Shown: one piece after another, positions 1 through 13,400 of the stretch
How the letters are laid out: each line of letters starts with the position of its first letter
Numbering within the stretch: position 1 is the first letter of the stretch
Assembly: GCA_965649765.1 (NCBI GenBank)
Contig: OZ287752.1
Coordinates: 21,142,001 to 21,206,000 of the forward strand
Reading direction: 5' to 3'
DNA length: 64,000 nt
Source of the DNA: Bispira polyomma
Lineage: Eukaryota
Translations under genes and position numbers: made by a program
Notes under the pieces: generated by a model
The model's input: only the letters and a program-made list of their open reading frames with translations
Databases searched by the model: none
Told to the model about the DNA's origin: nothing

Positions 1-993
1 TTCAATCGGGGGAAAAACTAAGGATTTATCTTTGACACATGACACAATAACTCAGGGGGTGAAAATTTTCAACGATTTAGGGAAAGATTGAAAATATAGG
101 TTTTTAGAAGGTAACGATAAGTCATTAATGGGTAACTATTGGCCCTGACTTATTGGCTGTACTATCTATATTCACCCCTGTTCGCAGAGGTTTTCATACA
201 TGGTTTTAAACATGTTTGTAAAACCTCTGCAACATCCCCGATTGGAAAAGATAAATTGTAACCGTAATGATTGAGAGCTATGATCAGCATAGTGGAATAG
301 GGGTAATATGATCCACAGTTGCAGTAATAATAGCTAAAATATCCCACAACACTTTCGTTCATCAACACTTCGTGGTAATAGTTGGTCAATTCAATCGTAG
401 ATATCTATTATTACATAAAACTAGAAAAAATTATTATGCATCTTGGATAAGTCTTTAATGTAGCTTGCTTGCCTTCTAATAGTTTCTTTGCATTTCCCAT
501 TTATTCCCTATCCCTTTTACGCTGACTTTTCTCAGCTCCATAGTTAACAAAGTCACAACTCTTTAGGATACACCACTGACCGGCATTGGATTACCAAATT
601 GGACAAAGAAACGATTGTACAACCCATAAGACTGTACAATTTCATTATATTTTTTACCCATTCTACTATTGTGTTAGGACCTAGAAGGCCAAAAAACTAC
701 ATATTTCATTTAAAGTGGGGTTTTGAAGAATGAAACATGCTTGAAAATCATGAGGAGCTGACAGACGATAATAATGTATATTTGGAAGAGTTATACTACT
801 AAAATATATGTATATGGCATTGTGCTTCAAAATTACTTCGTTTTTGGTATACTTAGTAGACACCATAGGTTTTACAACAGTAAATATGGATAACACTGAG
901 AAAATATATTTGCAAGGTTGTACATTCGCAATGACAGTATCCCAGGGAACTCATGCAAAGTGGTTACAACAAATAAACAACACATACATTGTC

Positions 994-1007
994 TTTATTA
1001 CTTTATT
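994..1007 (-). terminator. Candidate tandem polyadenylation signals of the Ig receptor gene
   Basis: Two AATAAA hexamers on the minus strand (994-999 and 1002-1007), ~310 nt after the stop codon. Confidence 0.45.
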
Positions 1008-1318
1008 CACTTGATAAAGTTTTTAGTATGAATCACAAAATAATAGCAAATGATGCTCTTAGATGAACAATAAAATAGAGGAAAATAATATAAAAGACCA
1101 TCTTGTAGATCCATGCAGTAGGTCCAGTAGTAGTTCATGTATGCCTAAACTATTATTTATACTATTTGTTTTAATAGGTTATGTTATGTTTGTGTTACTT
1201 GTGAGCACTATGTGTGGGTCTTAGTATAAAGTTGGGACATTTATCATTATGGTATCAATATTGTGAAATATATTCACATTCGAAACACAATATTAGCATG
1301 TAATCATTAGACAATGTT

Positions 1319-1468
1319 TTACTTTAATGTGTCAGATTTATTCAATTCTTGGTATACTGGTGTCTCTGATACTTCAGAATTGTCCAAATCCTGGTAGGTT
1401 GGTTCTTTCGGTGTAGCGTTAATATAAACTGGCATCTCTGATACGCTTGCATCCAAATCTGGTGATTT
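1319..1468 (-). CDS. Exon 12: cytoplasmic tail with three tyrosine motifs and the stop codon
   Basis: Acceptor caacttgtag|AAA. Translates KSPDLDASVSEMPVYINATPKEPTYQDLDNSEVSETPVYQELNKSDTLK*. Confidence 0.85.
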   Translation of the reverse strand, partial: KSPDLDASVSEMPVYINATPKEPTYQDLDNSEVSETPVYQELNKSDTLK

Positions 1469-4400
1469 CTACAAGTTGAAAAAGTAATAACAAATAGTAA
1501 TAACATAATGTTGTAGTCATAAACAAAATAGTACTAAAACTGTATAAGTACAAAATGAGTAAGTGTCCAATGACTGTCGTTGATCAGTAAAATTGTAAAA
1601 AAATGGTAGCCGGATTTAAACATCATAATATATATATTTTCAACAAAACTATTCAAACTGCAGCTATATCTGAAAGTTTTGATTCATAACAAAAGCACAA
1701 ACATGGATATCAGACATTACCCATAATTTAATACTAATATGTATATGTAATAGTAACAACAAACACACCACTTGTTGTTTTCGCCTTTGCCTGTAAAACC
1801 AGATACCAACGACAACTACAGCAATAATTGTTACTGCTGTGAGTGTGCCTCCAATGATTCCAGCAAGAGGTATTGACCCTGTTGCAGAAGGTGTGGTTTC
1901 TATAAATTAACAACACCTAACAAATGTAGATTTTATTTTTTATAGCAGAGACTAGTATTGCATATGAGGGATTTTGACTTTGTGGCTATTGACAATTATT
2001 TCGACTCTATCAAGTAGAACATGGAATGATCTTGAATATGCATTAAATATATAAATCCAACAACAATAAAAAACAACTTATTACTTATTTATTGTATAAT
2101 AATAGAATTGTGTATTATGTGCGATGCTCACACTTGAACAAGTTAATCCAGTGTGTAATAAAGCCTTTAAATAATACTTACCAGACTTGTCTATCATATC
2201 AGATATTAAAGTAAACTTCTCACTTCTGTAAGCTTCCAGTCTATCCTGATAGATAACCAAGTAGAAAATGAATCCATCTGACACAGATACCTCTAGAGTC
2301 TGGTTTGTGTGCTCTGTCATATCATGTTCTATACAATTGTTCTCTGATTGACATTGTTCTATCACAATTATTGTGTAATCTTCTTCATCTATTTCACGAG
2401 ACCATGATATTAAAGCAATTTCTGCATCTATGTCAAAATTGAGACAGAAAAAAAGAAGGATGTTTTTTTTTAATAAATTATTCCTTCTGCATTGAACATG
2501 AACAAAACACAAGTAGAATAAACTAAGATACCATAAGGGCCCTTAAGTTGTTAAATCTGTTATACCTGTTGATACAACAGTATTCTATTGTGAAAAAAAA
2601 TATAAAATAAACAAAAACAATCTTTCAGTATTGGAGAAATATATAACAGAAATATTACTATAATTATTTAAAGAATGTTGGTTAAAGTTAAAATATTTAG
2701 CTTGCACAATCACTTATAAAACATTGGAACTACGTTCAATGTACTTAAAATTGTTTTGATATATATTTCACCTTATAATTATTTCTGTTCCATTGTTAAC
2801 ACAAAAATGCTGATATCACTTTAAGATAGCAAAGCTAATATCAAAATTTCTAACTCATTCAAAAATAATTCCTAAAATGGACTACAGCCTATATATGAGA
2901 TGTCAAGTATAAAATACATTAAGTTTGTTTAATTCAAACACAAATAAGAAATATACATACCTCGTGTAACAAAATACACAAAGCTGCTACTGTCCTCACC
3001 ATACAGATTAACACTTAGAACACTGATCAGATATTCTTTCTGTGGTTGTAGATCTGTAACTGTAAAATTTAACACATCACCTGTCGTTGGATCTACATGA
3101 TTGGTATTGATAAATTTTTCTGTGTTGGACCCAACTTCTCTCATGAGTATTTTGAAAGTTTGTTCACTGCCTCCATTTAGCCCAACTATCCAGGTTATCA
3201 GTGCTTGTTCTGCAGCTATTGATTGTAAAGATACATCTGTCACAGGGTTGGGAGCGCCTATATATAAATATATACAATATAAAATTAATTATCTAACTTT
3301 GTATAGGAAACTGATGAAATGAATTGCAAACATAGAATTTTATGTGTGATGAAATATAGCAATGGCTTGTATATTTAGAACATATGTTTTGACTTAAGTT
3401 TGAATAAAATTGTCAAAACAACATAGATGTAAATTTGCTTTTAAAAAGGTTAAAAAGAAAAGCTGAAAGTGAAATTGTATCAGCTAAAATGCTTAAAACA
3501 GACTTAAGTAAATTACTAGTTTTGTTTTGGTACCAGATGAAGCAGTATCATTTTGTATTATTATAAAAAAATAATTTTACATGCTTCACAGAAAATAATA
3601 TTTAAGGAGAGTTCCCCAGTAACCAGTCTGTTAGTTTGCATATGTTATTACTTTGATTAATGTCCTAATATGTTCAAAATTACAAAATTTGTTATGAAAC
3701 ACTTATGCAGGATGTAGTTAAATGAGCAGCATAAACACTGATTTGGTGGGCTTTTTCTGACATTATAGCCATAAACATGAATAAGATTTTAGTATATAAA
3801 CAAGGTAAGCATTACCTTTTGGCCTCAATTCTAAACTAAATGTTACTGGTCCTTTGACATTGTTGTCTACCATTACTGTATATTCTCCATAATGTCCAGC
3901 ATCTACAGGATCTATAATAATCTGAGACACAAACACATCTTCACCTTCTGCAGATGATGTTAGTAATACATTATTTAGTTTGCTTCCTGTTGTTCTTTTC
4001 CACACAAAGGCAGACTGCAAATCAGCAAATTCAGGATAAGCTCTCACAGCTAAACTCATGACTGCTTGTTGGTAGATCTCACAATGAACTACATTTGTAG
4101 TGCCTGAGGTTAAAAGCTTGGGTTGATCTGTTAAATGATAATGGGTTCACTACATTAGTAACCCTGAATTTTTTTTCGCATCAATTCCAACTTCATTGGA
4201 ATGATAATATATCAGTTTATCTTTACTTTAATACAAGTAGGAACAAAAATGATTCACACTATACAGCAACTATTTTATTCTTATTTATCCCAATATATTC
4301 CCTGTAGTCCACCTACGTAACTACTTATATATTCTGTTTCACTCCCGATTGTGTTCCCTGCAATACATTTACATAATTACTTATACTGTACAACAATCTG

Positions 4401-7400
4401 TATTTCTCGTGCATCACAACCCACTGTATTTCTTGCAGTGCATCTAAATAATTACTAATAATGTACAACAACTGCACCTTTCCTATATCACTCACCAATA
4501 CATTCCTTGAAGAACATCTACATTATTACTTAGAAAGTCTGTATAATCTGTATCTCCCCTGTATCACTCCCCACTGTATTCCCTGTAATACAACTATATA
4601 ATTACTTACAATGTACAACAATCTGTATCTCTCCTGTATCACTCCCCACTGTATTCCCTGCAGTACATCTGTAAGTCCCTGCATCAGTGTACTTTGTACT
4701 CTCTATCATCAGTGCTCTGTTCTTTGTTTGTTCTGGTAGGGTCTGAGACTGTCTGTCATGGTACTTAGGCTCAAACTTCCAAGAAAAACTTGTAAGTGGT
4801 TTGGGGTTGCCATCAGTTATAGTACAATTAATAGCACTAAATGACCCTTCATTTATAGGGGAAGATGTAGCCTCAACTGTTACCACTGGAGCAACTTCAT
4901 AAAACAAGTGATACACAATCAATTAATACCACACAATTAAAATAAATGCCAAATCTCTCTTTGTTGTCTGTATATATTCAAATATAAAATATATAACTAA
5001 AAATGAGTAACAAATAATTATTGTATGCACATCTTCAATATGGCTGCCACAAAGACATTTCCCATTACTTATCTTAACACTAATCTGTAGTCGGAATTTT
5101 AACAGGATACTCTATTCTGTTGGTTATAACATCTTGCTCCTGTAACTTTATAATCTCCTTGTCAAATGTAAATAAGTAACTATTGGAATAATTAAATTGT
5201 TCAGGTAATTTTAAATAACATCTACAACGTTCTAAACTTTAGTCTGATTTAATGTTACTAATGGTTATTTCGAGTTGTTAATGGCTAGCTTCTTAAATAT
5301 ATATTTTACCTCTCATGAATGAGGGATATGAGACAATATTTATAAGTTATTCTTTCTTTGGCTCATGTTGAAGTTGAGCAGGTCTGATTGATACAACTTC
5401 ACATGATTTGTATAGTGATTGTCCAGTTTTGCTATAACTGTGGTAATCTTACACTATTAATGTATGATATTGTGCTTAGCTCTTCAGATTATCAATTTGG
5501 TTTCAAAAGGGGACATTCTACTTCTAAGTGTACCTTTGTAGTGCAATAAATTATCCAGGACTATAAAACAAAAATACTAATGTTTAATTCATGTTGTTAG
5601 ATGCTTCCCAAGCATTTGATAGGGTTAACTATACTAATTTGTTTAAACTGCTATTAGTTACAGGTTTTGATATATTTATATTCAAACCAAAGTTTGATTG
5701 TCAGATGGGCATCCCATTATTCCAGAAGTTTTCAAGTTGAAAAACAAAGAGGAGTTCTTTTTTCTGTTATTTTCAATATTTATATAGATGAAATGGTCAG
5801 TAGATTAAACAAGTGTAGATTTGGGAATTAAAAAGGTAACATATTTATGGGAGCAGTTTGTTACACAGATGACTGTTCTATATTAGCTCCATCTTTAACA
5901 AGTTTATAACTGATGTTAAAAGTAGTATTTAAATTTGTTGAAGATTATAATGAAGTTTAATCCTTCAAACAGTCAATTGTTATTGTACTCTGAAGATCAA
6001 TATAGGAAGATGTAATATTTAATGAAACCTCAATATGCTCCATTGATTCTGCGACTCATTTGGGGCATCCTACTGCAACAAATAATGATATCAGCAATTG
6101 TATACTACAACGTAACAATTACTTTGTCAGTAAGTTCATATATATAACAGTATATATTAATACTTTCTCCCTCGAAATTAAGTACAGCTTAGTGAAACAA
6201 TACTGTCGGTATGAGGAAACTTATAATTAAAAGTAATATGGATCATAACCTTTGCCTACCAAGAATAATAAATTATATTCCATTGAAAGCTCAAATGCAC
6301 AAACAATTAGTAAAATGTATCAGTTCCTTGACTTAAATGAAGTTATGAAATGTTGTACCCAACTAGACTTATATAATAAGAAACTATAAAGGGGACAACA
6401 GTGACAGTAGATTTTTTTCGTTTTTCGTAATATTTTCTTATTTAGAACTACTAATTATTTGGTATTTGTACTTCATAAAAAAGGTTATATAAGAACATAT
6501 TTAACAAATAATAAAAAATGTCTGAATTATTTGATGATTATTCCAGAAATGAAATAGTTTCTTCAAATTTTCAAAATCAAAGTGGACATTAATTGGAACA
6601 GTTTGCTTATTTTTCCTATGCTTCTTGATATTAACCAGTAAAACAAATGAAAATTTTCAAAATGAAAATCATTCTAAATTACATAATTAGCTATGGAGAC
6701 TAAATAATTTAGTAAAAATTTACAGTAAATCTAAAAGAATCAGCCCAAAAAACCATTAGGCATCCATATTGTCATATTTCGGGTTAAAAATTAATAAAAT
6801 TGCTTTAAAATATTTTTTAATGTTTAAAAGGGACATTTATTAGACATAATCGTTACGGCTTGTTATAAAATATATGCCAGTGGAATTTTATTTTACATTT
6901 GTTTATTTTTAACTATAACTTCCAATTGACTGTATTATCGTTCAAATCAATGTCCACAGGTGTATTGCCCAACTAGTTTGTACAAACATTTTATATTTTC
7001 GGTCACCCTAATTAAACAGTTCAAATGCCATTTTATTTCAACATTTTGGTCACAATTATGACAAAAGTTCAATGGTAACCTCACCTTTTAACACCAAAAT
7101 AAATATTTTTACAAAGAACAAATACTTTTGCATCTTCTGTCAAAATGCGAGGCCATTTTTCAGATTTTTAACTTCGACATAACCTATTTTATATCTGTTG
7201 GTATCTCACAGAAGTTGCTTTGTTTTCCTACAACTCAATCTTGGTTGTTGATGGTTAATATGTCTGTTTGTATGGAGGGATTTCATTGGTTACTGTATCA
7301 GAGATTTTCGATTGACTGATCACACATTCGTGTGACGATTTATAAATATTGCGTAATTGCGAAGCACATGGATTTATTTGGAAAGCAAATCGAAGGGAAT

Positions 7401-10400
7401 AATGGACGAAAGGTAAATATTTAGAAATGTTATTGTATGACAAAATAAAGAGTTTATCTTACTTTCTTGTGTTCCAAATCTTTAGAAAAAGACTTGCTTT
7501 TTCACTTTGAAATTAGAAATAAATTAACAAAGAAAATCCAATTGTGAAGCCATATTTTCTCAACAAGCCACAATAAGCACGTAGTTCTGAAGCTAAGAAC
7601 AGTCCGGGAGTCTGATCGGAGAGCGCAGACGGCCAGAAGAAAAAGCCCTCGGAGGTCTAATGCATATCCATCTGTGTACTTATACAGCAAGTATTTGATG
7701 TGTAGAAATGGTGTATTATGCCAACGTCTATATTAGAAGGAAGCAATTACCGAAACTTCCCGAAAATGGCTTTGATCCTTGACTCGGGAACATATATTGC
7801 AGCCAAAATATGGAGAATCTGTATCTGATCAGGACATATACGTATATTTGTTTACTTCCAAGGTATACGGATATATGATAGAAAATATGTAGTTTAAATA
7901 TGTGAATTATGTCCACGTATTTGTCGAGAAAATAACATCTTACCTAGTACTGTAATTAAAGGAATTTAAAAAATGGATCTTTTGAAGGGCCCATTTCAAA
8001 TACCGTTTCTCCATACTTTTACAGGTACACAATGTGCTGCTACAAGTTTTAAATCCAAACGTCGGAATGACGTCACTCGAACTACTAATTTTTTTGTAAG
8101 ACGTATTTAAATACATAAAGAAGCACCCGTGTACTAAACTCCCGTAAAAATAGTTTCATAACATTTTTTTTTTGTATAGGATCGAGGAAGCAATAAACGA
8201 AACTTCCCGACAATGGCTTTGATCTTTGACTAGGGAACATATATTAGTGTATGATATTTGAAGGAAGCAATTAACAGAACCTTTTACCGACATATATACT
8301 AAAAGAATATTAAAAACGGCAATATCTTCTATCATACATCTATATACTTGGGAGTATCTACAATATAATAATTTTCTTCTCCACGGATATATTAATACCG
8401 CCCCTGTCAAAGACAGAATCCTAGCAAAATATTGCCAAAATATTTTTACTTTCGTAGTACTTATGTATATACACTCTCAATCAATTATACCTCGAATACA
8501 CAGATGGGCTTCTGTTTGAGGTCGTCTTGTTTACAAAAAAAAAAACACACTGTAGTGTGGCGTCGTCTAGCGGTCGAAACCATAGTTAGAAGGCGTGAGT
8601 TCTCGCAAGTTAGAAGAAATTACATATATCCCATCAGTATAGTGTATATATATCATATATATATTTGTAAACCCATGCTTTTCCTTGTATATCTAACTTT
8701 GTTGACATGTCCGTTTAAGTGAGAAAAGACATTAGGAAAAATGGGGTAATTACGAGACCAAAGTACTGAACGTATTAAACAAACAAATAAAATAAATAGT
8801 AGATATATTCTAACATGGTTCTCGTCCTTATTACCAAACAATATTAAGTATAAAAAATGAAGTAAAAATGATATAAGGAGATGGTAGAAAGTGCTGTCCT
8901 CAAAATTGAATTCTCTCTATAATGTAATCTACGAAAAAAACATCTTCATAAAAACAATCAAATTGTTCTTTTTATAGCTTAATTTTAGCTAAATTGTAAG
9001 CAACTCTTAACAATTATTGAGCTGTAGAAGTAATAATAAAATGTATTTATTAATAATGAATATGACACTTGCAAGTGACATCCAGCTGCACTTCTTTCTT
9101 TAAATCTGTCAATTCTTGTCCATCCCAGTTAGGTATACAGCTCACACTTTGTCCATTATCAGACTCCTGTGCTGTAAATGTATAACTACTCTTGAACACT
9201 TCTCCTCCATACTCTCCATTCAGTATATGTGATGTCACACCAGTTGTCACATCTGTCCCTCCTACCATCCACACCATAGAACTGACGGGGTTACTACTTC
9301 CTGTTGTACATATCAGTGTTGTGCTACTTCCTGCTAATATTGGATCTGAGTTATCAGGATTCAAGGTATTGTATTTTGGTGAAACTGTTTAATAAAATAA
9401 AAACACAATAACATTTTTAATAATAATAATATTTTTTATCTCTAATCCTGTTTCTGCAGCCTTCACATTTATTTTATTAATATTTATAAATGTATTTTAA
9501 ATAACTTTTAATTTGAGAAATAAGAATTATTACCCGGCAGATGTAGCCATGTTATAAAGGTTTTGTATCTGGCCAAATGTATTTATAAAGTGTAGTATTT
9601 GCACCTAAAGGTGGAATCAGGGTGGGTGTCATTTCGTAAACACTGCAAAAGATTAAGGTCAATGTTTTCCACTGAATGGTTTTTCAGTGTGATATGTCTA
9701 GAAACAGGGGTTGATTTTGCCTCTGTAAAGTCTGAACACTTTTGTAGTGCTCTTTGTTTAAGGATATTTTTCGCCTTAAGGAAGATGGGCTTTGTGACAG
9801 GATGGTTCTTGTCATGTTTAAGCGGTTTATTTCTGTTGAGAAGAATTTTGTCCTCCTTTTGGTGCCTTTGGTATTAGAAAATGTTTCTTCAGCTGGTTAG
9901 ACACTATTCTAGTAGTGCCAATGTCATCGGTGAGTGTGGTGTCTGGAACGGGAGTTCCAGTCGAAGTGTATAAAATGCACTATGAAGTATTTTTTTCTTC
10001 CGAAAAGTGGCTTTCCTGTCAACTGGTAAAATAAGCCTGTGAGTGCCGTTTCAAGCAGTTTTGTAGAATATGAGACAAATAACGCTGAGGTTATATACAA
10101 GGAATTCACCTTTTGTTTATTACTAAGGGATGAAAAAAGACAAAACAATAATTGGATATTCATTAAAGCACTTCTGTGTACATTTTAGGTAATATTTGAT
10201 CAAATTTGGTCAAATACCCTTTCGTTTATATGTATCAGATGAGAAGAGAACAATGTATTGTAACACATCATGGACAGATTTGACCTGAACTTAAAACGAA
10301 ACAAAGTGTTGAATTAATTAATTTGATTACACCCTTAAATTCTTAATTATAGTGCTGTTTTGTGCTACATTGTCATTACAAAGGGACATTTATAGTACAT

Positions 10401-13400
10401 TTTAAATGTCAAAAATTATATTTAAGAGTTAAAGAAAATAAATAAATATAATTTTCTTATATTATTTCAGATAATAAGTGTTTTATGTTGCAATACATGG
10501 TAATGTTTCCATTAAGATTTTACAGGAAATGACCCAATATAATTGCATTTCATTGTATTTAAACTGCTGACATAAGAGGGCCTGCTCAGGAAGCTCAGAA
10601 ATGGCAACATATACAGAAATGAAGCACTCACCGTAGTAGAAGCAAACAATCCTGTTTACAAAAAAAAAAAAAAAGAAAAAAAGTTTAATCTCACTCACAA
10701 TGAACATCCAGTTTCTGTGTCTCTGACTGTTTTTCTGTTCCCATACTTGTCCCTCCCATCCAAGTGACTTCACACCTTACTGCATCATCTTGCTGCTCAC
10801 GGTTGAATGAGAAAGTAAAACTACCAGTAACCTTTTCGTTGATGTCATCTGTCTCCTCAGTCTCTGTATGTGGCAGGTAATACTGAGTGCCAACCTTCAG
10901 TCTGAACTTTGTGGACTCTTTACCTGGGTATATAGATGACACTACACACTGGAGAATTGTTGATTTACCTTCAACTACAAACTGCACTATGGAAAGGCTC
11001 ACTGACTCTAGTGGTGCTGAAATTAAAATAAATATATCACCTTAAAAATCATGTTTTCCTTGCTAATCGCTAACATATTTTGGTATGGATACTGTAATGA
11101 TATATTATTAATTTTCCAGCGCTGCAAAATAATGCAACAATTAATTGGGTCAATGAAAGTTACTTCCCACAAGCTCAGGAATACTCACTGTTGTAATAAT
11201 AACATTTTATATTTCACTTCTAGCAATGTTTCATTTCATGACAAACAGCACTCCACCATTTACTAAACGTGGCATTTCTCAAAATAACTTTGCATTATCA
11301 TTGTAAAATTTATATTAAACCCTAGTGAAGTAACTCAGAGGGGCATACATTTTGTATTATGTTAACAAGAATCATGCACACATTTCACCATGCACTTACC
11401 GTATACGACTGCCTTCTGTGTCTCAGACTCCCTAACTGTCTCTACGCTAGTGCCCTTCATCCAGGTCACGTCACACAAGACATCTTTACCATGTTGATCA
11501 CGAGTAAAACTCTGAGTAAATGTTTTAGTGACTGTAACATCACTACCCTCCTGTACCTCAGTCTCTGTACCTTGTGTGTAGTACTGATCACCAACCTTCA
11601 GTCTGAAGTCTGTAGAGTCTTTACCAGGGTATATAGAGGGCACTGTACAGTTGATGGTTTTGGGTGCATCTCTGAGAACAGGACCAACAGTGGAGATACT
11701 AATTGACTGAGGGGCAGCTATAATATAAATTATATCATGTTGATGTATGGGATTAAGAGCTTAAATGCCACAATTTACCCAAAAAATGAGGTATTAATCT
11801 ATGGGTATTGCAACAAAACAAATTGTAATAACCTATACACAGTCCCTATTGCAATATCAGTATTTAACATGCACATGTACATAACATGCTTTATTATAAT
11901 AGGAAGTGACCTTGCGGTCACAAATCTCAGAGACATAAACCAATATTATCTGTCTATCTGTCAACGTATAAGTTACAACAAAACAAATCTGAAATATCTG
12001 TGTATAAACAACCTAATCACTTTAAAAATGTTTTATTTTTCCCATAATTTTGCTTTAAACCCTGATCCAAACGATTTCTTACAGCTCTCGAAATAACCAA
12101 ATAATTTGTTTTCTAATTTTAATATTTTTAGTTGTTATAGCATCTGAAATTAGTGAACCAGTAGCGGTCAAATCGATTTCATCTTCAGTGGGTGGTAATA
12201 CATATCAGCGTTTACAGTATATAAATAGAAATTATACCTTGGCAAACGCCATAACAGATCAAATTGTTGGTTCCACAAAAAATGGACATAACAAAATATG
12301 CGGTAATTGCGAGGTCAAAGGTTTAATATTATTTTACAAACAAAATAAAAAATAAATAGATATATTAAAGCTTCTGACTCGTCCTTAGTACCAACCACAT
12401 GTAACTGCCAAAAACTGACTTAAAATAATGGACGAACATGGTAGAAAGTGCTGTACACAGAAAAAAAACATGTATCTTACTGTCATTTTAAAGAAACAAC
12501 ATTCAATACTTTCAAAGTTGTGTTGACCTCAAATGTGTATGAGCAAAGTGATTTCATTGTATGTTATGGTTAATCCTGTCTTTTGTTAATGAGCTTCTCT
12601 TACATAATAGTAAAAAAGTAACAAATAATTTCAATCAATGTAATCCAACCGTTATCACTTACAAAATGCTGTTATTACAAAATAAAAACATTAACTCACT
12701 TACTATATATTAGCAACTCCTGTGTCTCAGACACATGCACCATCTTTACGCTAGTGCCCTTCATCCAGGTCACTTCACACAACACATCTTTACCATGTTG
12801 ATCACGAGTAAAACTCTGAGTAAATGTTTTAGTGACTGTGACATCACTACTCTCCTGTACCTCAGTCTCTGTACCTTGTGTGTACTCATCAGTACCAACC
12901 TTTAGTCTAAATTCTGTGGAGTCTTTACCAGGGTAGATAGAGGACACTGTACAGGTGATAGTGTGGGGTACTTTGTTGAGAACAGGATCAGGAATGGAGA
13001 GACTCACTGACTGAGGGGCAGCTAGAAAAAACATATTTTTTTATTAACATTAGCTGAGATGTTTGCACAATACCAAACTTTAGAATGTACTCATACATAC
13101 CACATTTTAATTACGCTGCAAAATAAATTCAGAATAATTATCTAAACAATATACCCATAAGGGTTACTTTGATTTGCTTTAATTTTTGCAGGTAGCACAC
13201 GTTTTTTACATTGCATAAGAAATGTTTTCCTATTATTTTAAGTCCATAAAAGTCAGGATGCAGATTAACATGTTCATATGCATAGACTTCTGACTTTAAA
13301 TAAACTATTTTTGTCCATTTCTGCTTTAGAATCAGCTATCACAGAGATTAGGCACAGAAATTATATTTTAGTTAAACGATGTTAACCTATATCAAAATTT

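Noticed and set aside
162-1014. Short ORFs at the window start, and many other 60-100 aa ORFs across the window
   Set aside because: AT-rich composition with no motifs or splice support; consistent with chance ORFs.
2532-2565. Possible micro-exon (cag|GTATAACAGAT...ATG|gtatc) between the two FN3 exons
   Set aside because: It is 34 nt, breaks the frame and contains an in-frame TAA; the gene reads through without it.
8552-8612. tRNA-like A/B box sequence, with a similar one near 27345
   Set aside because: No cloverleaf can be formed; probably decayed SINE heads rather than tRNA genes.
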